IMG/VR virus record: IMGVR_UViG_3300042885_001472
DNA: 64,000 nt
Source: a virus
Lineage: Duplodnaviria > Caudoviricetes
Strand: one strand, 5' to 3'
Below, in pieces: positions 18,335 through 27,371 of this stretch (the first letter of the stretch is position 1; every line of letters starts with the position of its first letter). The notes beneath the pieces were generated by a model. The model did no database searches and had not been told where the DNA came from. It worked only from the letters and a program-made list of their open reading frames with translations. The position numbers and the translations under genes were made by a program.

Positions 18335-18336
18335 TG

Positions 18337-19596
18337 TTACTTACCTATTTTTATTACAATCTTATCTTTAACCTTATCAAATGTTATTTTAATAACAGTA
18401 TTTTCTTTATCTTCATTCCTTAAAATCTCTTCTGAAATAGGATCTTCAATAAACTTTTGAATAGCTCTATTTAAAGGTCTAGCCCCAAATTTCTCATCAT
18501 ATCCTTCTTTACCTAAATATTCTTTAACTGAAGAATTAATTTTTAACGTATAACCAATTTCTTTACTACGTTTTTCTAGTTTTTTAAGTTCAATTTCCAC
18601 AATTTTATGAATATCTTCTTGTCTAAGTGAATTAAAGATAATGATATCATCTAACCTATTAATAAACTCTGGCGCGAATTTCTTTTTTAACTCCTTATCA
18701 ATAATTGATTTTTTTTCTTCCTCAATAACCACACTTTTACTTTGTGTTGAGAATCCAATACCAGTACCAAAATCTTCTAAATGTCTAACACCAATATTAG
18801 ATGTCATAATGATCAAACAATTTTTAAAATTAATTTTTCTACCTAAACCATCAGTCATTTGACCATCATCTAACATTTGTAATAAAATGTTAAAGGTATC
18901 TGGATGAGCTTTTTCAATTTCATCAAAAAGGATAACACTATATGGTTTTCTTCTAACCTTTTCAGTTAATTGTCCACCATCTTCATGTCCCACATATCCC
19001 GGAGGGGCTCCGACTAATCTTGATATCGCGTGTTTCTCCATATATTCACTCATATCAATTCTAATTAAAGAATCTTCTGAATCAAACATATATTCAGCCA
19101 ATAATTTCGCTAAATAAGTGTTGTGTGATAAAATACCATTAGTATAATATCTACGATTAGAACCTTCTTTTAATTCAAGGTCATACATTACTTCTTCATA
19201 ACCTAAATTGGTTAATTGTGTAACCATTGAATTTAGAGGTTCACCATTATCATTATATTGTGTTATAATTATATCACCTAATTTTAAATCTTTAACAAAA
19301 ACTTCATCAAAATTAATTGGATTAACTTCATTGTGTTTAAACACAATATGATTATCAGCACATTTAAGCTCTTTTCCATCACTTAATTTAAGATGATATA
19401 CTTCATAGGGTATTGTTTTATGTAAAGCTTCTATGTCAACAAAACCATCATCAGTTAATACTTCGTAATCATTAATTTTGGTTGTTTTAGTAATCTTTTT
19501 TAAAGATTCTAATTCATGTTTATCAAATAATAAAACATTATCTAATTTCTCAAGTCTTTTTTGTATTTCCTCTACCCTACTCATTTTATTTTCCAT
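18337..19596 (-). CDS. clpC: ClpC fragment 3: IntC of split intein 2 fused to NBD2 from the Walker A Thr onward
   Basis: ..YYTNGILSHN|TYLAKLLAE..RIDMSEYMEKH..GAPPGYVG..LFDEIEKAHPD..GIGF..GARPL. Confidence 0.93.
   Translation of the reverse strand: MENKMSRVEEIQKRLEKLDNVLLFDKHELESLKKITKTTKINDYEVLTDDGFVDIEALHKTIPYEVYHLKLSDGKELKCADNHIVFKHNEVNPINFDEVFVKDLKLGDIIITQYNDNGEPLNSMVTQLTNLGYEEVMYDLELKEGSNRRYYTNGILSHNTYLAKLLAEYMFDSEDSLIRIDMSEYMEKHAISRLVGAPPGYVGHEDGGQLTEKVRRKPYSVILFDEIEKAHPDTFNILLQMLDDGQMTDGLGRKINFKNCLIIMTSNIGVRHLEDFGTGIGFSTQSKSVVIEEEKKSIIDKELKKKFAPEFINRLDDIIIFNSLRQEDIHKIVEIELKKLEKRSKEIGYTLKINSSVKEYLGKEGYDEKFGARPLNRAIQKFIEDPISEEILRNEDKENTVIKITFDKVKDKIVIKIGK
19120..19596 (-). mobile_element. 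split intein 2, C-half (159 aa)
   Basis: Block B CADNH; block F VMYDLEL; block G ILSHN followed by Thr+1. Confidence 0.9.
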
Positions 19597-19608
19597 ATTT
19601 TATTTTTA

Positions 19609-19640
19609 CAAATATACTATTTTTCATTTAGAAAAACAAT
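19609..19640 (-). promoter_or_regulatory. Bacteroidota-type promoter for ClpC fragment 3
   Basis: Minus-strand TTG at 19637-19639, 20 nt spacer, TATATTTG at 19609-19616, 12 nt before the ATG. Confidence 0.6.
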
Positions 19641-21098
19641 GCATTTATTTATTATTTCTTGTTTATTATTTTTATAATCATATTCACTAATATGTAATAC
19701 TTGATAACCAGATTCTAATATCATTTTATCTCTTTTTTCTTCTCTTAATGAATTTTCTGGTGTTGACCTATGATAGTAAGTACCATCAAACTCAATAATT
19801 TTTCCCTTAACTAAATCAATAAAATCTGGTAATATTACACCATTTAACAATGATAATCGATATTCATTATTTTTACCACTATCATCAATGTCACCTTTAT
19901 TAAATGTCGCAAAGAATATATTATCGTTTTTAATACTTGGTTCTGTTTCTAATATACCCCAAAATAACTGTTGTGATATTTTACTAAAATTAGTTCTTTT
20001 ATAATTAGTTAACCACTTATTTTGTCTTTCATTAAATCTTTTTAATCCGTCTTTTTCACCATATTTCTGGAGACAAATTTCTAAACTAAATGTTGTTTGT
20101 CTTTCAGTTACTTTTTCTTTAGATTGTTGATACGTGAATCCTCTATTAACCCAATAACTTATATTAGATGGTAATAACCTACTTTCATAATCAATATGTT
20201 TTAAAGCATTTAATTGATTGTTTACTACCATAATTTTAGCATCTTCTTCAGAGTATCCTTTATCCACCCAAAACTTAACCTGGGATGGTGTTTGACATAT
20301 TTTATTAATCTCTTCTTCAGAATAACCCAATTTTTGTAAATTATCTTTAGAAACTACAAACCTATCTTTAACCATCATAGAATTTTTACTTTGTATTTTT
20401 GAAATATTACTTTTAGCTTCTTCTTCAGAGTAACCTTTACTAACCCAACTATCAACACATAATCTATTAGACTTGACTATAACATCACTCAATTCTTTTA
20501 GTTTAACTTCAGCTATGTCTTTAGGTAGATACGCATTATATAAATTAGATTTAGAATATCCTTTAGTTTCACAAAATTTATTTGAACACCCAGTAATTTT
20601 ATAATAAAATAAATCTGATATATTTTTTATATTCTTTTTAGTTAATATTAAGTCTTCACCACAAATATTACATTTTGGGCGTCTGTTAGATATAAATTCA
20701 CCACCTTTAAATATTATTTTAATACTTTCATTAAATTCAATTTTATTTTTTTCATTAAGTTTGGTTTTTACACCAATATTAGACCTTTCTTTAGTTATGT
20801 TTGAAATCTTGTTTTTACCATATTCTTTAGACCAACCGCGTTCTAACCAAAAATCAAGTGTTAATAGATTAGATTTTTTAAACCCAAACTTACTCGGTAA
20901 CCATCTATTAAATCTAACCCATTTTATAAGACCATCTTGTGTCAACATATCTTGATAAATTAAATTTATTTTTTCAGTTATTAATTGACTTTCAAAATTA
21001 ATTTTATTGTTAATATTGACCAAATATTCTGTGAACTCATTAGATGTTTTAAAAACTTCTTTAACTTCTTGCCTTTTTCTATCTTTTAAAAATTGCAT
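19617..21098 (-). CDS. free-standing homing endonuclease, Vsr/DUF559-like C-terminal nuclease
   Basis: LPDF..KIIEFDGTYYH..KRD..GYQVLHISE; N-terminal W..kGySeeea repeats; lies between IntN2 and IntC2. Confidence 0.8.
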   Translation of the reverse strand: MQFLKDRKRQEVKEVFKTSNEFTEYLVNINNKINFESQLITEKINLIYQDMLTQDGLIKWVRFNRWLPSKFGFKKSNLLTLDFWLERGWSKEYGKNKISNITKERSNIGVKTKLNEKNKIEFNESIKIIFKGGEFISNRRPKCNICGEDLILTKKNIKNISDLFYYKITGCSNKFCETKGYSKSNLYNAYLPKDIAEVKLKELSDVIVKSNRLCVDSWVSKGYSEEEAKSNISKIQSKNSMMVKDRFVVSKDNLQKLGYSEEEINKICQTPSQVKFWVDKGYSEEDAKIMVVNNQLNALKHIDYESRLLPSNISYWVNRGFTYQQSKEKVTERQTTFSLEICLQKYGEKDGLKRFNERQNKWLTNYKRTNFSKISQQLFWGILETEPSIKNDNIFFATFNKGDIDDSGKNNEYRLSLLNGVILPDFIDLVKGKIIEFDGTYYHRSTPENSLREEKRDKMILESGYQVLHISEYDYKNNKQEIINKCIVFLNEK

Positions 21099-21183
21099 AT
21101 TTATTATGTTTAATAATAAATATCACGAAGTTTTGAAAAAGACCTATTTGTTGGAAAATATTTTTAGGGTGAAGTGGGATGAG

Positions 21184-21282
21184 TTAGTGTTTTATCCTAT
21201 CTATTAATTCATTAATATCAATTTTTTCAACTAAATTAGTACTTTTATTTCTTATAACTATCTGAGTATGAGATGTAAAACA
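21184..21282 (-). mobile_element. split intein 2, N-half (32 aa)
   Basis: Block A CFTSHTQIVIR directly after the Walker A Lys, then a stop codon. Confidence 0.88.
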
Positions 21283-22662
21283 TTTACCAACTCCTGTTGG
21301 ACCAAGGAAGATGAAGCTTCCTATAGGCCTTTTTGGGTTCTTAATACCCACCCTATTCCTTCTAAGAGCTTTCGCAATTTTCTCTACCGCTTCGTTTTGA
21401 CCGATAACTTTATCACCCAATTCTTTTCCCATATCTAAAAGTCTTAACCCCTCTTTAGTTGAAACTTTATTAAGTGGGATACCGGTCATCATAGAAACAA
21501 CTTCCGTTATTGATGATTCATCAACAAGACTTCTTTTATGGTTTAATTGTACCTCCCATAATTTTTTAGTTTTTTCTAAATCTTCATTTAGGATTCTTTC
21601 CTGATCTCTCAGTAAAGCGGCCTTTTCAAATTCTTGTGTCTTAACAACTGTGAGTTTTTTCTCCTTTAATTCAACAAGTTTCTTTTCTAATTCAACAATT
21701 TCTTTTGGTGGTTTAACAACAACTTGAGCTCTAGCTCCAGCTTCATCCAAAATATCAATCGCTTTATCTGGGAATTCTCGATCTGTAATATACCTTTCAG
21801 CTAACTTAACACATTCTTCAATAGCTTCTTTAGAATACTCAACTTTATGGTAATCTTCATACTTACCCTTAATATTATTTAAAATTGTTATAGTATCTTC
21901 TGGGGATGTTGGGTTAACCATAACTTGTTGAAATCTTCTAGTTAAAGCCCCATCTTTTTCAATGTTCTCTCTAAATTCATCTAATGTAGTCGCCCCAATA
22001 ATTTGGAGATCTCCTCTAGCCATCGCTGGTTTAAAAATATTTGACGCGTCAAGTGATCCGGAACTATTTCCAGCTCCAACAATTGTATGTAATTCATCAA
22101 TGAATAAAATTACATCTCTATTACCAACTAATTCGTCAAGAATACTTTTCATTCGTTCTTCAAACTGACCACGATATTTTGTACCGGCCACTAATGAAGA
22201 AAGATCTAAAGAAACAATTCTTTTACCTATTAATGTTCTTGGGGCTTTACCCTCTTTAATTTTTAACGCTAAACCCTCAATAATTGATGTATTGTGTGAT
22301 AAAATACCATTAGTGTAGTAACGTCTATTTGAATTTTCTGTTAATTCAAAGTCATACATAACTTCTTCATAACGTAAATCATTGATTTCAGAAATAACGC
22401 TAACAATAATTTGACCATTACCATCATCGGTTAAAATTTCATCACCAATATTTAAATCCTTAACAAAAACTTCCACAAAATCTTTATAGAAAACAATATG
22501 GTTATCAGCACATTTTAATTCTTTACCATCAGATAATTTAAGATGATACACTTGATATGGAATTGTTTTATGTAACTTTTCCAATTTTTTAAACCCATTA
22601 TCAGTTAAGATACTGAAGTTACTCATATCAAATGATTTTGTAAATTTTTTTAATTCTTTCAT
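21184..22662 (-). CDS. clpC: ClpC fragment 2: IntC1 + NBD1/M-domain/start of NBD2 + IntN2
   Basis: ILSHN|TSIIEG..AGTKYRGQFEER..FIDELH..GATT..RRFQ..FPDKAID..UVR-like M domain..GPTGVGK|CFTSHT. Confidence 0.93.
   Translation of the reverse strand: MKELKKFTKSFDMSNFSILTDNGFKKLEKLHKTIPYQVYHLKLSDGKELKCADNHIVFYKDFVEVFVKDLNIGDEILTDDGNGQIIVSVISEINDLRYEEVMYDFELTENSNRRYYTNGILSHNTSIIEGLALKIKEGKAPRTLIGKRIVSLDLSSLVAGTKYRGQFEERMKSILDELVGNRDVILFIDELHTIVGAGNSSGSLDASNIFKPAMARGDLQIIGATTLDEFRENIEKDGALTRRFQQVMVNPTSPEDTITILNNIKGKYEDYHKVEYSKEAIEECVKLAERYITDREFPDKAIDILDEAGARAQVVVKPPKEIVELEKKLVELKEKKLTVVKTQEFEKAALLRDQERILNEDLEKTKKLWEVQLNHKRSLVDESSITEVVSMMTGIPLNKVSTKEGLRLLDMGKELGDKVIGQNEAVEKIAKALRRNRVGIKNPKRPIGSFIFLGPTGVGKCFTSHTQIVIRNKSTNLVEKIDINELIDRIKH
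22291..22662 (-). mobile_element. split intein 1, C-half (124 aa)
   Basis: CADNH, VMYDFEL, ILSHN followed by Thr+1. Confidence 0.9.
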
Positions 22663-22719
22663 ATATTTTATTTTTTAGATTCGTTTTTTCCCTTTTATTA
22701 TAAATGGTAACGTATTTAA

Positions 22720-22821
22720 TTAGGGATTAGATAATGTTTTCAATAATTCTTCAATAGTAGTTTTTATCACTTCACCTGTTAAATCATTTCTCATAACAAC
22801 CTCAGTATCAGAACAAATACA
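22720..22821 (-). mobile_element. split intein 1, N-half (33 aa)
   Basis: Block [12 protein letters not shown] after the Walker A Lys, then a stop codon. Confidence 0.88.
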
Positions 22822-23544
22822 CTTACCAACACCCGGGTCGCCTATCAAAACGGGATTATTTTTCTTACGTCTACTCAAAATTTGAGCAACTCTTTGAATC
22901 TCATCATCTCTACCAATAACTGGATCAATTTTACCTTCTTCAGCTGATACCGTAATATCTTTAGAAAAATTATCTAAAATTGGTGTTTTACTACTAGTTT
23001 TAGTGTACTTCTTTTTTTCTGGTTCAATTGGACTACTTTCTTGTTCGTCACCTTCATAACTCGCCATAATACTTAATTCTTTAATTTTTTGTTTAAAACT
23101 ATTATAATCAACCTCAAAATCATTTAATAAAGAAGCTATGTCAGATTTAGAATTTAACATAGACAAAATCAAATGATTTAAATCAATAAACTCTGACTTT
23201 AGACTTACCGCCTCATTATCTGAATTATTAATTATTTCTGTACTATCCTTATTTAGGGGTAATATGTTATACTTTTTTTGTACTCTAGGTACGATATTTT
23301 GTTGACAATTAAATTGTAACTTAACTATCAATTTTTTAGTATCAACATTCATACTCACTAATGTTTTAACCCCCATATTATTATTATCTCTAAGTATTGA
23401 TAATAAGATATGTTCAGGTCTCACATTCACATCATTAAATTCTTTCGCGGTATCAAACGAAGAGTTCATAATTTGTTTCACTTTAGGTATTACTCTTTTC
23501 ATATTGATTAAGTTTAGTATTTTTTTTCTTAAAAGTCCAATCAT
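22720..23544 (-). CDS. clpC: ClpC fragment 1: Clp N-domain + start of NBD1 + IntN1
   Basis: [35 protein letters not shown]|CICSDT; real start may be the ATG at 23502. Confidence 0.93.
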   Translation of the reverse strand: MIGLLRKKILNLINMKRVIPKVKQIMNSSFDTAKEFNDVNVRPEHILLSILRDNNNMGVKTLVSMNVDTKKLIVKLQFNCQQNIVPRVQKKYNILPLNKDSTEIINNSDNEAVSLKSEFIDLNHLILSMLNSKSDIASLLNDFEVDYNSFKQKIKELSIMASYEGDEQESSPIEPEKKKYTKTSSKTPILDNFSKDITVSAEEGKIDPVIGRDDEIQRVAQILSRRKKNNPVLIGDPGVGKCICSDTEVVMRNDLTGEVIKTTIEELLKTLSNP

Positions 23545-23629
23545 TATATAAATATCTTCATAAAATTGTTACTTTTTTTAAAATGAAAAAAAATATGTTA
23601 AAAAACTTTTTTTATTAGAAAATAAGTTA

Positions 23630-23637
23630 TACATTTG
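23630..23637 (+). promoter_or_regulatory. TAnnTTTG -7 element opening the small-gene region
   Basis: TACATTTG; divergent from clpC fragment 1. Confidence 0.55.
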
Positions 23638-23642
23638 TGATT

Positions 23643-23960
23643 ATGTATAATACAGCTCCAAAATATAGAAAAATTGAGATTCTACTAAACAAATCTGGTG
23701 AATCAAAATATAATACCCCCATTCAAGGTGAGAAAAAAGATAAACCAAATAGTATTGGTATTAATAAAGTAACAGATACATCTTTTTCTACAAGAGAGAA
23801 ATGTGTTTTTGAAGATGTGGCTTTAGTAGTAACCGGTGGTTATATTTTAATAACCCAAGAAAATGGTGGTGATGATCTGGGTTCTGAAAGAAGTACTATT
23901 GGTAGGATTTTTGATTTAAAGGATGTATATTCTTATAAAGCGTATTTTGAAGAACGATAA
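23643..23960 (+). CDS. hypothetical protein
   Basis: ORF track (start moved to the ATG downstream of the promoter). Confidence 0.6.
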   Translation: MYNTAPKYRKIEILLNKSGESKYNTPIQGEKKDKPNSIGINKVTDTSFSTREKCVFEDVALVVTGGYILITQENGGDDLGSERSTIGRIFDLKDVYSYKAYFEER

Positions 23961-23983
23961 AAATAATAAATAAATAAAGTAAT

Positions 23984-24283
23984 ATGGTAATATCAAAACA
24001 AATGGAAGGATCAGTAGTTCAGTCACTATATGATTCAAGTAATGTGATAGCTTCACAATTTAATACTGACACTAAAAATTTAGTGATTATATTCAGTAAA
24101 GGTAATCAATATCTTTACGAGAATGTTGAATACTCTGATTACACAAAATTTGAAGTCTCTAAAAGTCAGGGTAAGTCATTTAATGAATTCATTAAAAAGT
24201 ATTCCGGTAAAAAATTAGGTGAAGTGGATGTTACTTCAATAAAAGAAGATATACGATTAATTAAAGAAAGTCATGGAAAATAA
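23984..24283 (+). CDS. KTSC domain protein
   Basis: SSNVIASQFN..LVIIF..YLYENV..SQGKSFNEFIK. Confidence 0.85.
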   Translation: MVISKQMEGSVVQSLYDSSNVIASQFNTDTKNLVIIFSKGNQYLYENVEYSDYTKFEVSKSQGKSFNEFIKKYSGKKLGEVDVTSIKEDIRLIKESHGK

Positions 24284-24548
24284 TTTAGACAGTGAATATA
24301 CGGCCACACACATAGGTGAAGGTAAATTTGAAGTTAAAATGTCTAATGGTGATATTAAGAATAGTGGTCCTAATATGGAAGGTATGATACGATACACATA
24401 TTTTGAAGATTATGAATTACCACCAATAGGTTGGAATATTACTAGAGATCAATTAATAAAAGATTATTTTCCAAAGTTAATGAAAGATGTACAAGAAGGT
24501 AAAATTGATTTAAATAAACTAAAACCAGATGAAAAAACTAACAAGTAA
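24273..24548 (+). CDS. hypothetical protein
   Basis: ORF track; overlapping operon. Confidence 0.6.
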   Translation: MENNLDSEYTATHIGEGKFEVKMSNGDIKNSGPNMEGMIRYTYFEDYELPPIGWNITRDQLIKDYFPKLMKDVQEGKIDLNKLKPDEKTNK

Positions 24549-24786
24549 AAATATAACGAATATAGTTAATCAGTTTCCGGTAAAATATGAATATGGTTTT
24601 ATGGCTTCTGAAATAAATTCTTTGTTAACTGAATATGATATTAATGAAGATTCTTTTTATAAGTCTCTTGGTGTTAACACTTGTATGGTTATTGAAGGTC
24701 AAACCATCACATATCATTGTGATATTGAGAAGGCTTTATTTTGTGTGGTAGAAAATAGGGGTGAAGATCTTTGGGAATGGGATTAA
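24529..24786 (+). CDS. hypothetical protein
   Basis: ORF track. Confidence 0.6.
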   Translation: MKKLTSKNITNIVNQFPVKYEYGFMASEINSLLTEYDINEDSFYKSLGVNTCMVIEGQTITYHCDIEKALFCVVENRGEDLWEWD

Positions 24787-24804
24787 TATTAAATAAACAG
24801 TATA

Positions 24805-25041
24805 ATGGGTAAAGAAGAATTTTATAAATATGGAGAATCATTAGGTATTAGTATCAATGATTTACAAAGACTTAGAATGTTGAATAATCAAGATGTGTCA
24901 GACATTTCAAAAGTAACAAGGTTTGAAGTTATAGATGAAAGTGGTAGAAGTTATACTAGACATAATTCTAATGTAGAACTATCTTATCAAGATGATGGGA
25001 GAACATTAAAAGTATTCATAAACAAAGAAGAAAATGGGTAA
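24805..25041 (+). CDS. hypothetical protein
   Basis: ORF track. Confidence 0.6.
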   Translation: MGKEEFYKYGESLGISINDLQRLRMLNNQDVSDISKVTRFEVIDESGRSYTRHNSNVELSYQDDGRTLKVFINKEENG

Positions 25042-25171
25042 AATAGTATACTACACTTGGATAGGAATTGGAATTATTATAGGTTTACCCATAGTTCTAG
25101 TTCTTCTATTAGGGTTATGGGTACATGATAAGTATCATAAATTAACATGTAAAATGTGTAAAATAAAATAA
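25034..25171 (+). CDS. small single-pass membrane protein (45 aa)
   Basis: Manual translation MGKIVYYTWIGIGIIIGLPIVLVLLLGLWVHDKYHKLTCKMCKIK. Confidence 0.55.
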   Translation: MGKIVYYTWIGIGIIIGLPIVLVLLLGLWVHDKYHKLTCKMCKIK

Positions 25172-25172
25172 A

Positions 25173-25493
25173 ATGACAAAATACAAAAAACCAAAATGGA
25201 CTTTCCAGTTCTACAAACCATTCTACTTTGAATGGAAACCAATTTACAGAAGTTTACCAGAACTAATGTGGAAAGATAAATTTGATTCACCACGTTGTGA
25301 ACTAGAACCATATTATAAATTTGAATGGTTATGGTTTGGGGTCAGAGCTCAACAAGGAACTGATGATGAATGGTGTCAGTGGTTGTGGGTATATGAATAC
25401 AATGATGGTGATGTAGAGAAAGCGAAAAATAGTTGGGGATGGATAGATTATAATACTAAAAAATCAACTTGGAACGATGGATATGGAAAATAA
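25173..25493 (+). CDS. hypothetical Trp-rich protein
   Basis: ORF track. Confidence 0.65.
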   Translation: MTKYKKPKWTFQFYKPFYFEWKPIYRSLPELMWKDKFDSPRCELEPYYKFEWLWFGVRAQQGTDDEWCQWLWVYEYNDGDVEKAKNSWGWIDYNTKKSTWNDGYGK

Positions 25494-26025
25494 AAAAAGA
25501 GAAGAAGGTATCATTGGTAGTGTAGTAACTACTTTATTATTTTTAATTTGGAATTTAAGTTTCTTATTTATTTTAATAGACTTTGGATTTGATCCGGTAG
25601 GATTTGTTCTTTACTCTGTAGTTACATTTATTTTAGGTTTAATGTCTTTTGAATATTGTTTTGGTCTTGAAAAAATAAGAACTTTAGGTTTTACCATTTT
25701 TGAATTTGAGATGTGGGATAAAGATAATAGAGAATATGTTAAAAGATATGATTGGGGTATTGAGGAGTTACACGCTAAATATTTTTTCCATAAACAAACA
25801 TCTACAATGTTAACATCAACAAAAATTGAAGATATTAAAGAACGAGCTTTAAGTTGTAGTTATTCACCAACAAAAGATAAAACAATGGTTATGAAAGTAA
25901 TATTAGGTTATGTTGAATCAATAATTAAAAATCGTGAATCAATTGAAAATGTTAAAATAAAAAATATTGTGACTTTAGAAAGTCATTCATTAGATGAATT
26001 AATTAAACTTGTAAATGGAAAATAA
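25483..26025 (+). CDS. membrane protein (two N-terminal TM helices)
   Basis: Hydrophobic segments; MENK start. Confidence 0.65.
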   Translation: MENKKREEGIIGSVVTTLLFLIWNLSFLFILIDFGFDPVGFVLYSVVTFILGLMSFEYCFGLEKIRTLGFTIFEFEMWDKDNREYVKRYDWGIEELHAKYFFHKQTSTMLTSTKIEDIKERALSCSYSPTKDKTMVMKVILGYVESIIKNRESIENVKIKNIVTLESHSLDELIKLVNGK

Positions 26026-26239
26026 AATACCAACAACAGAGGATGTTATGATTCCTTATTTTTTATATGATAATGAAGATAAGGATCTAATTAAATCGGC
26101 GATGATTGAATTCGCTAAACTACATGTTGAAGCCGCTTTGAAAGGTTGTTTAAATAAATATCATCACGCTTCAGAAGAAAACTATGTTTTTGGAAGTAGT
26201 GAAATTATGAACGCTTACTCACTAACTAATATAAAATAA
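26015..26239 (+). CDS. hypothetical protein
   Basis: ORF track. Confidence 0.6.
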   Translation: MENKIPTTEDVMIPYFLYDNEDKDLIKSAMIEFAKLHVEAALKGCLNKYHHASEENYVFGSSEIMNAYSLTNIK

Positions 26240-27361
26240 ATGGAAAATAATAACTCAGTATCTTATGTAGCTCGTATTAACGAGATTAAAGAAATCCCTG
26301 GTGCGGATAATATCGAACAAGGTATTATTGGTGGGTGGAATTGTATTATAAAAAAGGGTGACTATAAAGTAGATGATTTAGTCGTAGTGACAACTACAGA
26401 CGCTGTCATACCTGAAGAATTATCTGAAAAATTAGGTGTAACTAATTACTTACGTAAAGGTAATCGTGTTAGAACTGTTAAATTAAGAGGTGTATACTCT
26501 GAATGTTTAATTATTCCAATCACTTACATCCAAGGTGTTAAACGTGTTGAGGGTGTTGATTGTATGGAATTACTGGGGATATTCAAATACGAACCACCGG
26601 TTAAACAAATTCAATTAGCGTCTGGTAAAAAGATTAAGTATAAAGATAATCCTAACTTCCAAGTTTATTATAAATTCCCTAACTTAAAAAATGTTAAAGG
26701 AATGTTTACTGAAGAAGATGTTGTTGAAATTACTAGAAAAATCCATGGTACAAATGCCCGTTATGGTATTGTTAAGAAAACTAAATTAAAGTTTTTAGAT
26801 AAAGTTAAAAAGTTTTTTGGTTTGGTTGATAAATGGGTTGATTATGAATTTGTTTATGGATCACATAATGTAGAGAAGGGTTCTGATTCACAAGGATACT
26901 ATAGTACAGACGTATGGTCAACTATCATTGAAAAATATGATATTAAAAATAAACTTTGGAAATTCTTTAAAGAAAATAATCAATTAATGGGATGGGAAAA
27001 CCTTATCATTTATGGGGAAATATATGGTCCAGGTATTCAAAAGAATTATGATTATAAATTAGATGAAATTAAATTTGCTGGGTTTGATTCAACAATAAAT
27101 GGAGTATATGAAAGTACTGAAGGATCGTGTCTCACATTTGGATTTTTAGATATACCTTATGTACCTACATTATATCGAGGAAATTGGTCTCAAGAAGTAC
27201 AAGACAAATATACATTTAATAACTTTATTGAAGGGACTAAAGTACCACACGAAGGTATTGTAATTAAACATGAGTCCGGTAATAGACATAAGGTTGCTAA
27301 GGTTATAAATCCCGAATATTTAATTTATGGAGAAAAATATGATGTAGGAGATTCACACTAA
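26240..27361 (+). CDS. ATP-dependent RNA ligase (DRB0094-like)
   Basis: N-terminal EIPGADNIE..RVRTVKLRGVYSE; motif I TRKIHGTN; YGEIYGPGIQ; EGIVIK; KVINPEYL. Confidence 0.9.
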   Translation: MENNNSVSYVARINEIKEIPGADNIEQGIIGGWNCIIKKGDYKVDDLVVVTTTDAVIPEELSEKLGVTNYLRKGNRVRTVKLRGVYSECLIIPITYIQGVKRVEGVDCMELLGIFKYEPPVKQIQLASGKKIKYKDNPNFQVYYKFPNLKNVKGMFTEEDVVEITRKIHGTNARYGIVKKTKLKFLDKVKKFFGLVDKWVDYEFVYGSHNVEKGSDSQGYYSTDVWSTIIEKYDIKNKLWKFFKENNQLMGWENLIIYGEIYGPGIQKNYDYKLDEIKFAGFDSTINGVYESTEGSCLTFGFLDIPYVPTLYRGNWSQEVQDKYTFNNFIEGTKVPHEGIVIKHESGNRHKVAKVINPEYLIYGEKYDVGDSH

Positions 27362-27371
27362 AAATAAAGAT

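Noticed and set aside
18337-23544. clpC as a frameshifted pseudogene or assembly error
   Set aside because: Each break falls exactly at Walker A K|T with complementary IntN and IntC halves, separate starts and promoter-like signals, which random errors would not produce.
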